A stretch of DNA of 64,000 nt from Limisphaerales bacterium (GTDB lineage: Bacteria > Patescibacteriota > JACMRA01): contig JBIKIW010000001.1 in NCBI GenBank assembly GCA_044361365.1, forward strand, positions 2,501 through 66,500, read 5' to 3'. Positions 53,947-63,807 of the stretch are shown here, piece after piece; positions within the stretch are counted from its first letter, which is position 1, and every line of letters begins with the position of its first letter. The position numbers and the translations under genes were made by a program. Under the pieces are notes generated by a model. That model made no database searches and was not told where the DNA came from. It worked only from the letters and a program-made list of their open reading frames with translations.

Positions 53947-56900
53947 TTAATTAATTTCAACTGTTTGTTTCGGAGATAAATTTAAACTTGAATCTGATTT
54001 TAAGTTTTCAATGGTGGCACTTTGTACATTAAAACCCCCAGCACTAAAAGCTTTTGCAAAATAGTTTATTTTTATTGTTGATAAGCCAGTTTGGTTGGGG
54101 TAGATACAAAAATTAATAGTTTTAGTATCGTTTTGATAAGGTGTAATTTGGTTTATAGAGTCAGTTATTTTTTCGGGCATTATTTTGAGTCCAGCAGGTA
54201 CTTGATCACTAACTTTGTAGCAACCATCTAGCAAGTTATTTCCAAACTCGATTTCCAAGCCAACGTTAACCAAATCATTTTTATTAAACTTGTTAGTTGG
54301 AGTATTTTCAGTTTGGTAAATTCTGGTAATTTTTGGTTGATTAGGGTTAGATTCAAAAGCCAATGTGTAGTTTAAACCAAGAGATATTTCTCCAGTTTTA
54401 ATTTCTAAATTTAAATCTTCTAAAGCTTTTTTATTTAAGTTAATTTTAAATAATTTATTGTATTCAACTGTTACTTCTTTTTTCTGACCATCGATTTGAT
54501 AACTAAAAATAATTTTATCAGTTTTGAGATTTTTTAGAGTTTTTTGAAGATATAAAATTTGCTTAAAAGAAGAGTAATTATTCTTGGCTAAATACTCATT
54601 TAAATCTTTAGCATCTGGTTCATTTAGTAGATTAGCTAAACCTAAAGCCTGATTAGTTAATTCCAAATTCTGATCCAAATTATCACCCTTTATATATTTA
54701 GAATTATCACTCACTTGAGAGTTTTCTTGTAAAATTTGGTAGTAATTCTGACGAGCTTTTTCTTTATCACCAGCATAATCCAAAGCTTGCGAAATTATCA
54801 ATTTTTGGTTTAAAGTTAAATCAGTTTTTTGGTTCAAATTTTGTAATTGTTGCAAAACATTGTGTTGGTTTAAAGTTAGTCCAAAAAGTATCCAAAGGTG
54901 ATCTTCAAAATTTTCTTGAACTTTACTATTTTCTGCTTTAAAAAAGTTAAAGGATCTTGTTCCAGTTAAATTATTCAAATCACTTTCTAAAACTTGAGTT
55001 GTAAATTTTATATCTTTTTGAGAATCGGGGAAATTGCTAAAACCTCCATTTTTATTAAACGTATCTAGTTCTGGGGCGTTCGGTTTTTTAGTTGAATCGT
55101 AATATTGAGTAAGTAGTTTTTTAGCTAAATAAGAAATTTGCAAACTCTCTAAAGTTCCGCTATCTGAATTCGCCATTTTTTGTAGCTGAGTGTAGTATCC
55201 AATATTTTCAGCCGAGCCTATTACCACCTGAAAGGTTTGATCTTCGGGTAAATTTGTTAGACTAGCTTTTTGGCTTAATTCTGGGTAGGTAAACTGTTGG
55301 GTAATACTTTTTTGATTAGTGGATTTAACACTTATAATCTGTTGAATTTTGCTCTGCTTTTCTCCATTTTTGACACTAAGATTGAGTTCTAATTCTCCAA
55401 TCTTAAGCTTTGGTAATTGAACTTCGACCCCTGAAGCTAAGCCTTTTTGAGTTTTCTTAAATTCTAAATAGGGGATTTCTATTGTATATTCAACCTCAGT
55501 TTTGGGATCTAGCTTTTCACCAATAGTTTGTAATTTAATCGAGGGTTGGTCATTTTCTAGATAATCTGAGCTTAAAATACTTGCAATTTGTAAATCTGTA
55601 GCGGTGTAAATAGTTGCTAAGTTACTGCCAAAAAATAAATCTGAACTAACAACTTTAGCCAAAATATCCCAAGAATCAAAGCTATCAGGTAAATTAAAAT
55701 TAGCTTTAGCAAGACCGTTTTGATCACTTTCAATTTCTTCAAAAAAGATAACTTCAGATTTTTTAGGTTCATTTTGTAAATCAGATTTTGTAAGTTTTTG
55801 TGGGGAAGTCGAATCCGAATGAGAATTGTAGTTTTGATTAATTCCTGTACTTAAATTACTATAAATGTTTTCTGACTTATTTATTTCTAAATTTTCACCA
55901 TTAGCAGTTTTCGGACTAACCCAGACTAAGATTTTAGATTTCTTAGGTTCGTTTTTTAAGTCACTTATTTTAAATTCTACAGAGGCATTTTCTCCTGATT
56001 GATAGACACTTTTGTTACTAAATATTTCTACTTTTAATTCCTGATTTTCTTTGGTAAAATTAACTGGGTAACCTTCTGGGCTAATTTTAGAATAGTTTTT
56101 ACCGTCAAACTTTACACCTGAAAAATTTATATTTGGAATACCACTTTCAGTAAAATTATATTCGTATTGAGATTTGCTTTGCAAGCTATATTTTTTGATT
56201 CCATTTTGACTTTGAATAATTAGATAATTGCTATTTGTTTGAGGGATATCGGTTTGACCATTTTTTTGAATTTCCAATTTTACCACTTCTCCGGGTTGGT
56301 AGTTTTTTTGAGAAAGATTTTGAGCTTTTTGATCTATAAATTGAAAGTTTTGGGTTGTTTCAGGTGAACTATTTGTAGTTGTAGAAAAATAGCGACTGAA
56401 CAAAATATTTTTATTATCAGAATCCGTTAGTTGCAGATTTATTTGGTAGTAGGTTTCTGATTCAAAGCTTATTTCTAGCCTAGCCAGACCCTGATTGTCG
56501 GTGCTGACTTTGGTTTCAGTTTGTTTTTTGTCACGCCTAGTATATGAGTACTGAGTTTCAGTTTGCTTAGTAATTGGGTTGTAATTTTGGCCAGTTTCAA
56601 TTTTATCAAAAACATAGCTAGTTATTTGAGCTAAAATATCTTTGCTACCAATTGGATTTCCTTTCAAATTGTTAATATTTTGTAGCCCACTAGTGTATTT
56701 GAAGGTATCTAGAGAGTTTAAATTGATATCAAGGATTCCTTTACTAGTGTCTGTTTTGGATTGATCAGAGATGATTATTTGGTATGGGAAGTAGGGTATT
56801 TTTAAACTACTTTTAATATCAGATTCTTGTGGGTTTTTTAGTTGAACTAAAATGCTAGTGTGTGCAATTGGCTGGTAGCTTTTTTGAACAATCGAAGAGA

Positions 56901-58851
56901 CTGGATATTTGATACTAAAATTACCAAAATTATCTGTAACAACTTCTCCATTTACATCTCCAGAATAATTTAAACTCACTTGACTAGCTGGAGTTTGGTC
57001 TTTGAAATTTACTTTTCCACTGATTACAATTTCTTCATTTTTTAAATAAAACTTTTTGTTCGATTCTAAGAGAATTTGGTAGTTTTTTGGCGTAGGATTT
57101 TGAACTCTAAAATTGCTATTAATTATAATCTCATTTTCAGTATTTTTTTGTAAATTTAGTTGGTAATTTCCCTCAGGCAGATTTTGTAAATTAAGACTTG
57201 ATAGGAATGTATCTAAAGAAGAAAGTGAAATAGTTTGATCCTGAATTAAGACAGTTTTTTGGTTTTCAATTTTATAAACAACAGCTTTTAGAGAGTCTAT
57301 TTTTTCGCCAGTTCTAGATTTGGCTAAACCCCAAAAAGAAATTTTATCACTGGGTTTGTAGGTATTTTTGTCGAGGTATAAGTAACTCCAGTAATTAGCA
57401 TTTTTAGTTTCATTTAAAGGTGAATTTTGTTTTGTTTTGGTTGTTGATACGATTAGTATTTCTTTGTCTGAGATTACTTGATAAAATTGATATCTGTCTT
57501 CATTATTTTTTGGTTTTGGTTTATCAAAAAAAGCTAGACCACTATCGTCTGTAACGGCTAATTGCTCACCATTTATGTCTTTAATTTGAGCTATGGAAGC
57601 AGGTTTTTGGGTTTGTATATTGTTTGCCCAAGCTAAAATTTTGTTGTTGTCTGTGGTAAAATTTACGGTCAAATCAGTAGATTGCAAAATAGCTGAGTTT
57701 TGATTTTCAGGAAGGTGCAAAAGATAAAAACCTTTTTCAAGCTGAGCTGGGAATTTTACAAAATTTTGAGTATCAGTTTTTTCAATTCCAAAACTTTCAC
57801 CTAACACTTTTTGTAAATTTTTGAGATCGTATTTTTCTTTTTGATCTTGATAATTTGTCCAATTTGGTAGCTGTTGCTTGGTTTTAAGATATTCCAAAAA
57901 CTGCCCCAAATCTCTAAATTTATATAGCTCAAGATTAGCTTTGTCACCAAGTTTTCCGCCAAGGGTAATATTTGGAGATACGCTTTGAGAAAATTCATAA
58001 AACTCTTGGTTAAAATAAGTTCTGTTTTCTGCAACCTGGGAGTCTTGTTGAGTTTCAAACTGCCAGCTAAAATCGTTGTCTAAAAATTGCTTACTACCTT
58101 CCAATGCCAAGCCTTTTTTGATTGTTATGGTATAAATTGTAGCGGGCTCTAGTTTTTCTGGAATGAAATTAATTTTGTTACCAATTTTTACAAATTTACC
58201 CTTGGTTGGTGGAGAGATTTCCCAAAAGTTTTCGATTGATTGAAAAGTCTCGGTGTTAAACTCTACTTCAATTTTGGAGTTGGTGGAGATGTCGGAAGTA
58301 TTAGATTCTGGAATGGTTTTTGTGACAGCAAATTTTTGGTAAGTTTGAAAAGCCCAGCTAAGTTCTTTAGTTTGATTTTGGTTACTAGTATCTTCTATGT
58401 TAAGACTAAATTTTTGTACCGAACCGGGGTCAAAAACGTTTTTTAGTTTGAGTAAAAATTCTTTATCGCTTTTTTGAGTGATTTCTATTTCTTGCTTTGG
58501 GTCTAATTTTAGATTGTCAGTAACTTGGTATTTAGTTAGTTTGATTTCACTTTTAAGAATATATTTAGAGCTTTCCAGAACCCCTATAGAATCTGATTGT
58601 TCGGGAGTGAGGGTGATTTGGCTGGGTTTGATTTGAATACTTTTGGTTGGAGAAATTTCAGCGTTATTTGGTTGGTTAAATTGGATAAGTTGTTTGCCGC
58701 CAGCTGTATTTAAAATCACAGCAACCACTAAAATCAGCACCAAAACTAACCCCAAACCAAAGCTCCAAAATAACGATCTTTTTTTAGTCTTTTGAGGTTG
58801 ATTGGCAGGATTTTGTTTTTGTTTTTCAGCGTGTGGTGAATTTGCCATCAT
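53947..58851 (-). CDS. Alpha-2-macroglobulin-family giant envelope protein (1634 aa) without a thioester motif
   Basis: N-terminal TM anchor and repeated Ig/MG-like segments. A2M_N-like DSFDSWDILAKVVSSDLFFGSNLATIY. The sequence SGTLES sits where the GCxEQ thioester would be. There are only two Cys in the whole protein. Confidence 0.7.
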   Translation of the reverse strand: MMANSPHAEKQKQNPANQPQKTKKRSLFWSFGLGLVLVLILVVAVILNTAGGKQLIQFNQPNNAEISPTKSIQIKPSQITLTPEQSDSIGVLESSKYILKSEIKLTKYQVTDNLKLDPKQEIEITQKSDKEFLLKLKNVFDPGSVQKFSLNIEDTSNQNQTKELSWAFQTYQKFAVTKTIPESNTSDISTNSKIEVEFNTETFQSIENFWEISPPTKGKFVKIGNKINFIPEKLEPATIYTITIKKGLALEGSKQFLDNDFSWQFETQQDSQVAENRTYFNQEFYEFSQSVSPNITLGGKLGDKANLELYKFRDLGQFLEYLKTKQQLPNWTNYQDQKEKYDLKNLQKVLGESFGIEKTDTQNFVKFPAQLEKGFYLLHLPENQNSAILQSTDLTVNFTTDNNKILAWANNIQTQKPASIAQIKDINGEQLAVTDDSGLAFFDKPKPKNNEDRYQFYQVISDKEILIVSTTKTKQNSPLNETKNANYWSYLYLDKNTYKPSDKISFWGLAKSRTGEKIDSLKAVVYKIENQKTVLIQDQTISLSSLDTFLSSLNLQNLPEGNYQLNLQKNTENEIIINSNFRVQNPTPKNYQILLESNKKFYLKNEEIVISGKVNFKDQTPASQVSLNYSGDVNGEVVTDNFGNFSIKYPVSSIVQKSYQPIAHTSILVQLKNPQESDIKSSLKIPYFPYQIIISDQSKTDTSKGILDINLNSLDTFKYTSGLQNINNLKGNPIGSKDILAQITSYVFDKIETGQNYNPITKQTETQYSYTRRDKKQTETKVSTDNQGLARLEISFESETYYQINLQLTDSDNKNILFSRYFSTTTNSSPETTQNFQFIDQKAQNLSQKNYQPGEVVKLEIQKNGQTDIPQTNSNYLIIQSQNGIKKYSLQSKSQYEYNFTESGIPNINFSGVKFDGKNYSKISPEGYPVNFTKENQELKVEIFSNKSVYQSGENASVEFKISDLKNEPKKSKILVWVSPKTANGENLEINKSENIYSNLSTGINQNYNSHSDSTSPQKLTKSDLQNEPKKSEVIFFEEIESDQNGLAKANFNLPDSFDSWDILAKVVSSDLFFGSNLATIYTATDLQIASILSSDYLENDQPSIKLQTIGEKLDPKTEVEYTIEIPYLEFKKTQKGLASGVEVQLPKLKIGELELNLSVKNGEKQSKIQQIISVKSTNQKSITQQFTYPELSQKASLTNLPEDQTFQVVIGSAENIGYYTQLQKMANSDSGTLESLQISYLAKKLLTQYYDSTKKPNAPELDTFNKNGGFSNFPDSQKDIKFTTQVLESDLNNLTGTRSFNFFKAENSKVQENFEDHLWILFGLTLNQHNVLQQLQNLNQKTDLTLNQKLIISQALDYAGDKEKARQNYYQILQENSQVSDNSKYIKGDNLDQNLELTNQALGLANLLNEPDAKDLNEYLAKNNYSSFKQILYLQKTLKNLKTDKIIFSYQIDGQKKEVTVEYNKLFKINLNKKALEDLNLEIKTGEISLGLNYTLAFESNPNQPKITRIYQTENTPTNKFNKNDLVNVGLEIEFGNNLLDGCYKVSDQVPAGLKIMPEKITDSINQITPYQNDTKTINFCIYPNQTGLSTIKINYFAKAFSAGGFNVQSATIENLKSDSSLNLSPKQTVEIN

Positions 58852-59031
58852 CTAAGGCTATTTTTAGCCAACAAGTAGTTTTGGTCAAAGGGGTGGGTTG
58901 GTGAATTAGGTTGATTTAAAAACCAAGAAGGTATTCAGCTTTAAATAATAACAGGGTTGATTTTTTTAAACTGATTAGGCTTAAATCACAAACTTGCCTA
59001 TTTTTGAAAAACTGTTAATTTTTCGCTCATT

Positions 59032-59334
59032 ATGACTACATGCCCACATGGACACGGAAACCTCAACAAAATAAACAAACAAGGTATTGAAATCGAATAT
59101 TGCCCAGTTTGTGGCGGAGTTTGGCTGGATAGAGGGGAGCTTGAAAATTTAATCGATTTAGCCTCCAGAGCCAGTGCTTCAGCTCAAAATATGGCACCTA
59201 ATTTAGATTTTGATAAGCCAAAACAAACCGACAACTTTTCTCAAAATAGAGACTCCCAGCCATACAACAAAGATTTCAAGAAAAAGAAAAAAGAAGGGTT
59301 TTTAGGTGAGATTTTCGATTTCGATTTGTTTTAG
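59032..59334 (+). CDS. TFIIB-type zinc-ribbon protein
   Basis: CPHGHG...IEYCPVCGGVWLDRGELENL matches the zf-TFIIB family pattern. Confidence 0.7.
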   Translation: MTTCPHGHGNLNKINKQGIEIEYCPVCGGVWLDRGELENLIDLASRASASAQNMAPNLDFDKPKQTDNFSQNRDSQPYNKDFKKKKKEGFLGEIFDFDLF

Positions 59335-59453
59335 TTTTGTAAGATAAAAAACGGTATAAATCAAGATTTTTTTAAACTCGAAGAAAATTTATAGTGCTAA
59401 AATAACTTTATTGACAAATAGCACATTACTATATTTTTTATAATGACACCGTT

Positions 59454-60506
59454 ATGACGCCAACTCACTTTAAATTTATTGATCTGTTTGCAGGAATAGG
59501 AGGCTTTAGAATAGCCTTGGATAATTTAGAGGGCGAGTGTGTTTTTAGCTCTGATATTGATCTGGAGTGTCAAAAAACTTATCAAGCAAATTTTGGAGAA
59601 TTACCTTTTGGCGATATTACAAAAATTGATCCAGAAAATGTACCTCAGCATGATGTTTTGTGTGCGGGTTTTCCATGTCAGCCATTTTCTATTTGTGGCT
59701 TGCAGAGGGGTTTTGAAGATACCAGGGGTACCTTGTTTTTTAATATAATGCAGATTATTAAAGCACAAAATCCTAGTATAGTTTTTTTAGAAAATGTAAA
59801 ACATCTTAAACATCACGACAAAGGGCGAACTCTAGAAGTTATTGTAGAAACCTTGCAAAACGAAGGTTATTTTGTAAATTGGAAAGTTTTAAATGCAAAA
59901 AATTTTGGTTTGGCTCAAAATCGAGAAAGAATCATTATTATAGGCACAAAGAACAAACCTTTTAATTTTAATAAAATAACTACAAAAAAAGCAGTCAAAA
60001 TTAGAGATATTTTAGAAACTAGAGACGATTTTAGTTATTTAAACCCAGAGGAGTACACTATTTTGGATAGAAATTTGTGGAAAGTGCAAGAAAGCGGTTT
60101 GATATTTTGTGGTTTTAGAAATAAATCAATTAGAACTAAAGGAACCAGACCAGACACCGAACATTTGTCCAGAGTTCACAAGCAACCAAACAGAATTTAC
60201 CATATTGATGGCACTCACCCAACTATACCTTCGCAAGAGGTTTCAGGTAGGTTTTTTATTTATGACGGTGAAAAAGTCAGAAAAATGACTATAAAAGAGT
60301 GTTTCAGGTTACAAGGTTTTCCAGACGATTACAAAAAAATTAGTTCAAATGGAAATTTATACAAACAAATTGGTAACTCTGTAGCCATTCCGATGATTCA
60401 AGCAGTTGGGGAAGAGTTGGTAAAAAGTCATTTGATTGATAGAAGTCCTATTTTAAATCATGTTTTTAGTTTGGAGAAAGTATCAGTGATGGAAAGGTTG
60501 TTTTAG
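59454..60506 (+). CDS. dcm: DNA (cytosine-5) methyltransferase
   Basis: Motif I FAGIGGF, motif IV GFPCQPFS, motif VI ENVKHL, motif VIII QNRERIIIIG, motif X YKQIGNSVAIPM. Confidence 0.9.
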   Translation: MTPTHFKFIDLFAGIGGFRIALDNLEGECVFSSDIDLECQKTYQANFGELPFGDITKIDPENVPQHDVLCAGFPCQPFSICGLQRGFEDTRGTLFFNIMQIIKAQNPSIVFLENVKHLKHHDKGRTLEVIVETLQNEGYFVNWKVLNAKNFGLAQNRERIIIIGTKNKPFNFNKITTKKAVKIRDILETRDDFSYLNPEEYTILDRNLWKVQESGLIFCGFRNKSIRTKGTRPDTEHLSRVHKQPNRIYHIDGTHPTIPSQEVSGRFFIYDGEKVRKMTIKECFRLQGFPDDYKKISSNGNLYKQIGNSVAIPMIQAVGEELVKSHLIDRSPILNHVFSLEKVSVMERLF

Positions 60507-60507
60507 T

Positions 60508-61191
60508 ATGGCTAATGTAATTATCAATGGAATCCAGGCGGAAATTGATAATGGTTTATCAAACATTGTTGGTTATAATTTTTTAAAAACCGTATTTTCA
60601 AATCATCAAACTATTCAGAAAAAAAGAGCAGAAGAATTTTTAGAATTTATCAAAGAAAATGAACAGAAATTTACTGTTGAACTTATAAATAATGAATGTT
60701 TTGTATCAGGCTTAGCTTTAACTTTAAGAGAAATAATTCAACAATACTCAGAAATTAAAAGGGTAAAAATTTACTCAATTTTTCTAGGTTTTGTAGAGTC
60801 AGAAGATAAAGAAAATTTTGAGTTAGAAAAAATGTATCATACTTTGAATTTGATGTCGCTAGAAGACCTACACATCTTAAATAACTATAGTGGCTTAGGA
60901 GTTTTTAGATTAACACAAGACGAGGTTGTGCAAGAGACAAAAGATGGTATTAAGGTTTTATTTAGTCGTGAAAATATGAAAAACTTAGCCTCGATAGGGA
61001 TTGTAAAGGAAGACATAGAATTTAGAGATGAAAAGGAGGCAAGGGTCGGGAATTTAAACAGCTCAACATTTTCAGTTTTGGAAGATTCATTGTTTAAAAA
61101 AGGTGTTATCTATGTTGAAATTTATGAATACACCAATTTTGGTAAAAAATTTAAAAAATTCGCTTTCTCACAAAACAGATTAAAAATATAA
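60508..61191 (+). CDS. Hypothetical 227-aa protein embedded in the R-M operon
   Basis: The ATG lies 1 nt after the methyltransferase stop. No Vsr, HTH (C-protein) or nuclease motif is recognised. Confidence 0.55.
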   Translation: MANVIINGIQAEIDNGLSNIVGYNFLKTVFSNHQTIQKKRAEEFLEFIKENEQKFTVELINNECFVSGLALTLREIIQQYSEIKRVKIYSIFLGFVESEDKENFELEKMYHTLNLMSLEDLHILNNYSGLGVFRLTQDEVVQETKDGIKVLFSRENMKNLASIGIVKEDIEFRDEKEARVGNLNSSTFSVLEDSLFKKGVIYVEIYEYTNFGKKFKKFAFSQNRLKI

Positions 61192-61203
61192 AATAATTCT
61201 GAC

Positions 61204-62340
61204 ATGTCCCAAGCCCATCACCAACTTTTAGAAGATATTTACAACCAAGTTTTAGCTGAACTTGAGGCAAGGGATTTTGTGGCTAACACACCAAAAGAAT
61301 TAAATATTGAAGTTATAAATTGGATTGAAATAATTGCCAAAAATAGCGAGAATTTTTTGGGTGTTTTGAATGTAACTGTAACCAGTTTAACTGAAAAAAT
61401 AGTTAGTCCTAATCAAGATATTAGAAAACATCAGGCAAAAATGGAAGGAGGTTATTCTGGTAGAACGCTGGACACAAAAACCATTGCACCTTGGCTCAAA
61501 TCTAAAAAACTTAAATCCATGGTAGAAAGTGGCTGGCTTACAAGGTCTTTAGAGCAAGATTCTCCTTATACTTTGGATTACAAGGGAGCTATTAGAAATA
61601 AAGAGGTTAAAGAAGCTTTTTTGCAACTACTCAATTTTATACAAAATAATCAAGCGAAAACTACTTTGTGTTTAAAATATCTCTTTCAGCTTTTAATTAT
61701 TCAAAGAGAACAAAATAAAGTAGAAATTAACCCGCTAGCTAAAAAATCTAAATACTCTATAACTGAAATAATTGACTTGTTAACCAAGCATTTTACTCAA
61801 ACCAGTCAAGTTGGAACTGCTAGGTTGCCTGTTTTGGCTATCTATTCAGTTTATCAGATCATTATAAAAGAGGTAGGCAGGTATGAAGAAAAAACTTTAC
61901 AACCTTTAGGGTCTCATACTTCTGCTGACCTCCGTTCTGGCGATATTGGAGATATTCAAATAAATGACAAAAATGACAAACCTTTTGAAGGGGTAGAGGT
62001 AAAATATGGTAAGCTAATTGACCATGCTTTGGTGGAAGACGCTTTTGAAAAAATCAAACAATATCCAGTAAATAGGTATTATTTGCTTTCAACAGAAATA
62101 ACCACTGGTGAAGAATTGGTCAAAATCCAAACTACTATTGATGAAATAAGCAAACAACACGGTTGTCAGGTAATAGTTAATGGACTTATTCCTACAATCA
62201 AATATTATTTAAGATTGATTAGTGACACAGACGATTTTTTACAAAATTACACAGACAATATCATCAATGACCCAGCTATAAAAATTGACCATAAAAGATA
62301 TTGGAAAAACTTGGTTGAAAACTCTACTAATAAAAACTAA
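61204..62340 (+). CDS. Putative type II restriction endonuclease
   Basis: Position behind the C5-MTase. Candidate PD-(D/E)xK core SGDIGDIQ...FEGVEVKYG. Confidence 0.5.
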   Translation: MSQAHHQLLEDIYNQVLAELEARDFVANTPKELNIEVINWIEIIAKNSENFLGVLNVTVTSLTEKIVSPNQDIRKHQAKMEGGYSGRTLDTKTIAPWLKSKKLKSMVESGWLTRSLEQDSPYTLDYKGAIRNKEVKEAFLQLLNFIQNNQAKTTLCLKYLFQLLIIQREQNKVEINPLAKKSKYSITEIIDLLTKHFTQTSQVGTARLPVLAIYSVYQIIIKEVGRYEEKTLQPLGSHTSADLRSGDIGDIQINDKNDKPFEGVEVKYGKLIDHALVEDAFEKIKQYPVNRYYLLSTEITTGEELVKIQTTIDEISKQHGCQVIVNGLIPTIKYYLRLISDTDDFLQNYTDNIINDPAIKIDHKRYWKNLVENSTNKN

Positions 62341-62367
62341 CACGAATCAGTGGAATCGAAAGTCCAC

Positions 62368-63438
62368 CTAACTCAACCCAACCTCCTTACATAAATACAC
62401 ACTTTGCACGGCTTTGAGGATTTCCACACCTTCTTCCATTTCTCTTTGAAAAGCTTTGCGTCCCATAATTAAGCCACTTCCACCAGCTTTTTTGTTGATT
62501 ACAGCTGATCTTACAGCATCTTGTAGGTCATTGTCAGCACTCCCACCTCCTGAGCTGATTAGAGGAATCTTGCCGCTGTAGCAGTTTAGTACTTGGTATC
62601 TAGCTAGGTCAATTGGGTGTTCGCTGGTTAGATTTGTGTAAATCTTTTCATCTAGTTTTCCGTAGCTGGAGCTTCCAGTATTCATAGCTTTAAAACCTCC
62701 GTTTATGTCTGGTAATTTTTGCTTGATAATATCAGCTTCAAGTGTTACTCCAAGATGATTAGCTTGCCCGGTAAGGTCGGCTGAAGTTTCGTAGTTTTTG
62801 CCGTTTTGTTTAAAATTATCGTTACGAACATAGCACCATAAAATCGTGAAAAGTCCTAATTTATGAGCTTTTTGAAAGGCTTTACGAATCGCTTGAATTT
62901 CCTCTCCAGAATTTGGCGAACCAAAATAAATTGTAGCTCCAACTCCCACCGCTCCCATATCAAAAGCCTGATCAACTTCAGCAAAAAGCTGCTCGTTAAA
63001 TTTATTTGGGTAGCTCAAAAGTTCGTTGTGATTTAGTTTCAAAATAAAAGGAATTTGGTGAGCGTATTTGCGAGACATTAACCCCAAAACTCCAAGAGTA
63101 GAAGTGACACCACTACAACCTGCATTTATAGCCAATTTGATTATATTTTCTGGGTCAAAATAAATTGGATTTTTGGCAAAACTTGCTCCTGCAGAGTGTT
63201 CAACTCCTTGATCAACAGGTAGAATTGAAAGATAGCCAGTTCGTCCCAAATTGCCGTGATTATAAAGCGAGGATAGATTTCGTAAGACTGAATTATTTCT
63301 ATCGGAGTTCATCATTATTTCAGAAATATGATTTGGATTTGGGGAGTGTAGGGAATCTTTGGATACAGTTTTGGACTCGTGATTTAGAAGGTAATCAGCG
63401 TGATCGCCGAGGATTTTTTGAATGTCAGAATATTGCAT
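62368..63438 (-). CDS. fbaB: Class I fructose-bisphosphate aldolase (FbaB/DhnA type)
   Basis: Near-colinear with E. coli FbaB: GYLSILPVDQGVEHSAGASFA, KLNHNE, GAVGVGATIYFGS, ADLTGQANHL, DIIKQK, VINKKAGGSGLIMGRKAFQ. Confidence 0.9.
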   Translation of the reverse strand: MQYSDIQKILGDHADYLLNHESKTVSKDSLHSPNPNHISEIMMNSDRNNSVLRNLSSLYNHGNLGRTGYLSILPVDQGVEHSAGASFAKNPIYFDPENIIKLAINAGCSGVTSTLGVLGLMSRKYAHQIPFILKLNHNELLSYPNKFNEQLFAEVDQAFDMGAVGVGATIYFGSPNSGEEIQAIRKAFQKAHKLGLFTILWCYVRNDNFKQNGKNYETSADLTGQANHLGVTLEADIIKQKLPDINGGFKAMNTGSSSYGKLDEKIYTNLTSEHPIDLARYQVLNCYSGKIPLISSGGGSADNDLQDAVRSAVINKKAGGSGLIMGRKAFQREMEEGVEILKAVQSVYLCKEVGLS

Positions 63439-63561
63439 AATATTTTTAGGTTACAAGAGTTTGATTTTTCTGTAAATGTTATTTTTTCAAGATCTTGTGC
63501 AGGTGGAATTATTTTTGGGAGAATTTGACATAATACTGAAATCAGTATATTTTACTGAAAT

Positions 63562-63807
63562 ATGATCACCAAAACCGTTAGAATAACTTTAGATTTACCC
63601 CTTAAATTGCACACTCAAGTCAAAACTAAAGCAAGTCAAAATGGGCAAACTCTAAAGCAGTTTTTTATAGATTTGGCGACTGGTAAAAATCAAAATTTAG
63701 TAAATGCCAAAAAAAATACTAGGAAAATGCCAAAAGGTGTGAAACTTGGTGTAAATGAGGATCAGATCAAACAAATAATTAGTGAAACATGGCTACCAAA
63801 GTTTTAA
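63562..63807 (+). CDS. Ribbon-helix-helix antitoxin (VapB-like)
   Basis: VRITLDLPLKLHTQVKTKASQNGQTLKQFFIDL is an RHH pattern. It overlaps the downstream PIN gene by 19 nt. Confidence 0.55.
   Translation: MITKTVRITLDLPLKLHTQVKTKASQNGQTLKQFFIDLATGKNQNLVNAKKNTRKMPKGVKLGVNEDQIKQIISETWLPKF

Noticed and set aside
59411-59444. A sigma70 promoter for the R-M operon (TTGACA at 59411 with TATAAT at 59439)
   Set aside because: The spacer would be 22 nt. The alternative -10 candidates give spacers of 13 to 15 nt. No acceptable geometry is available, so it was not annotated.
60508-61191. The middle R-M gene as a Vsr mismatch endonuclease or a controller (C) protein
   Set aside because: No Vsr-type motifs are present. 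There is no helix-turn-helix, and at 227 aa it is much larger than C proteins.
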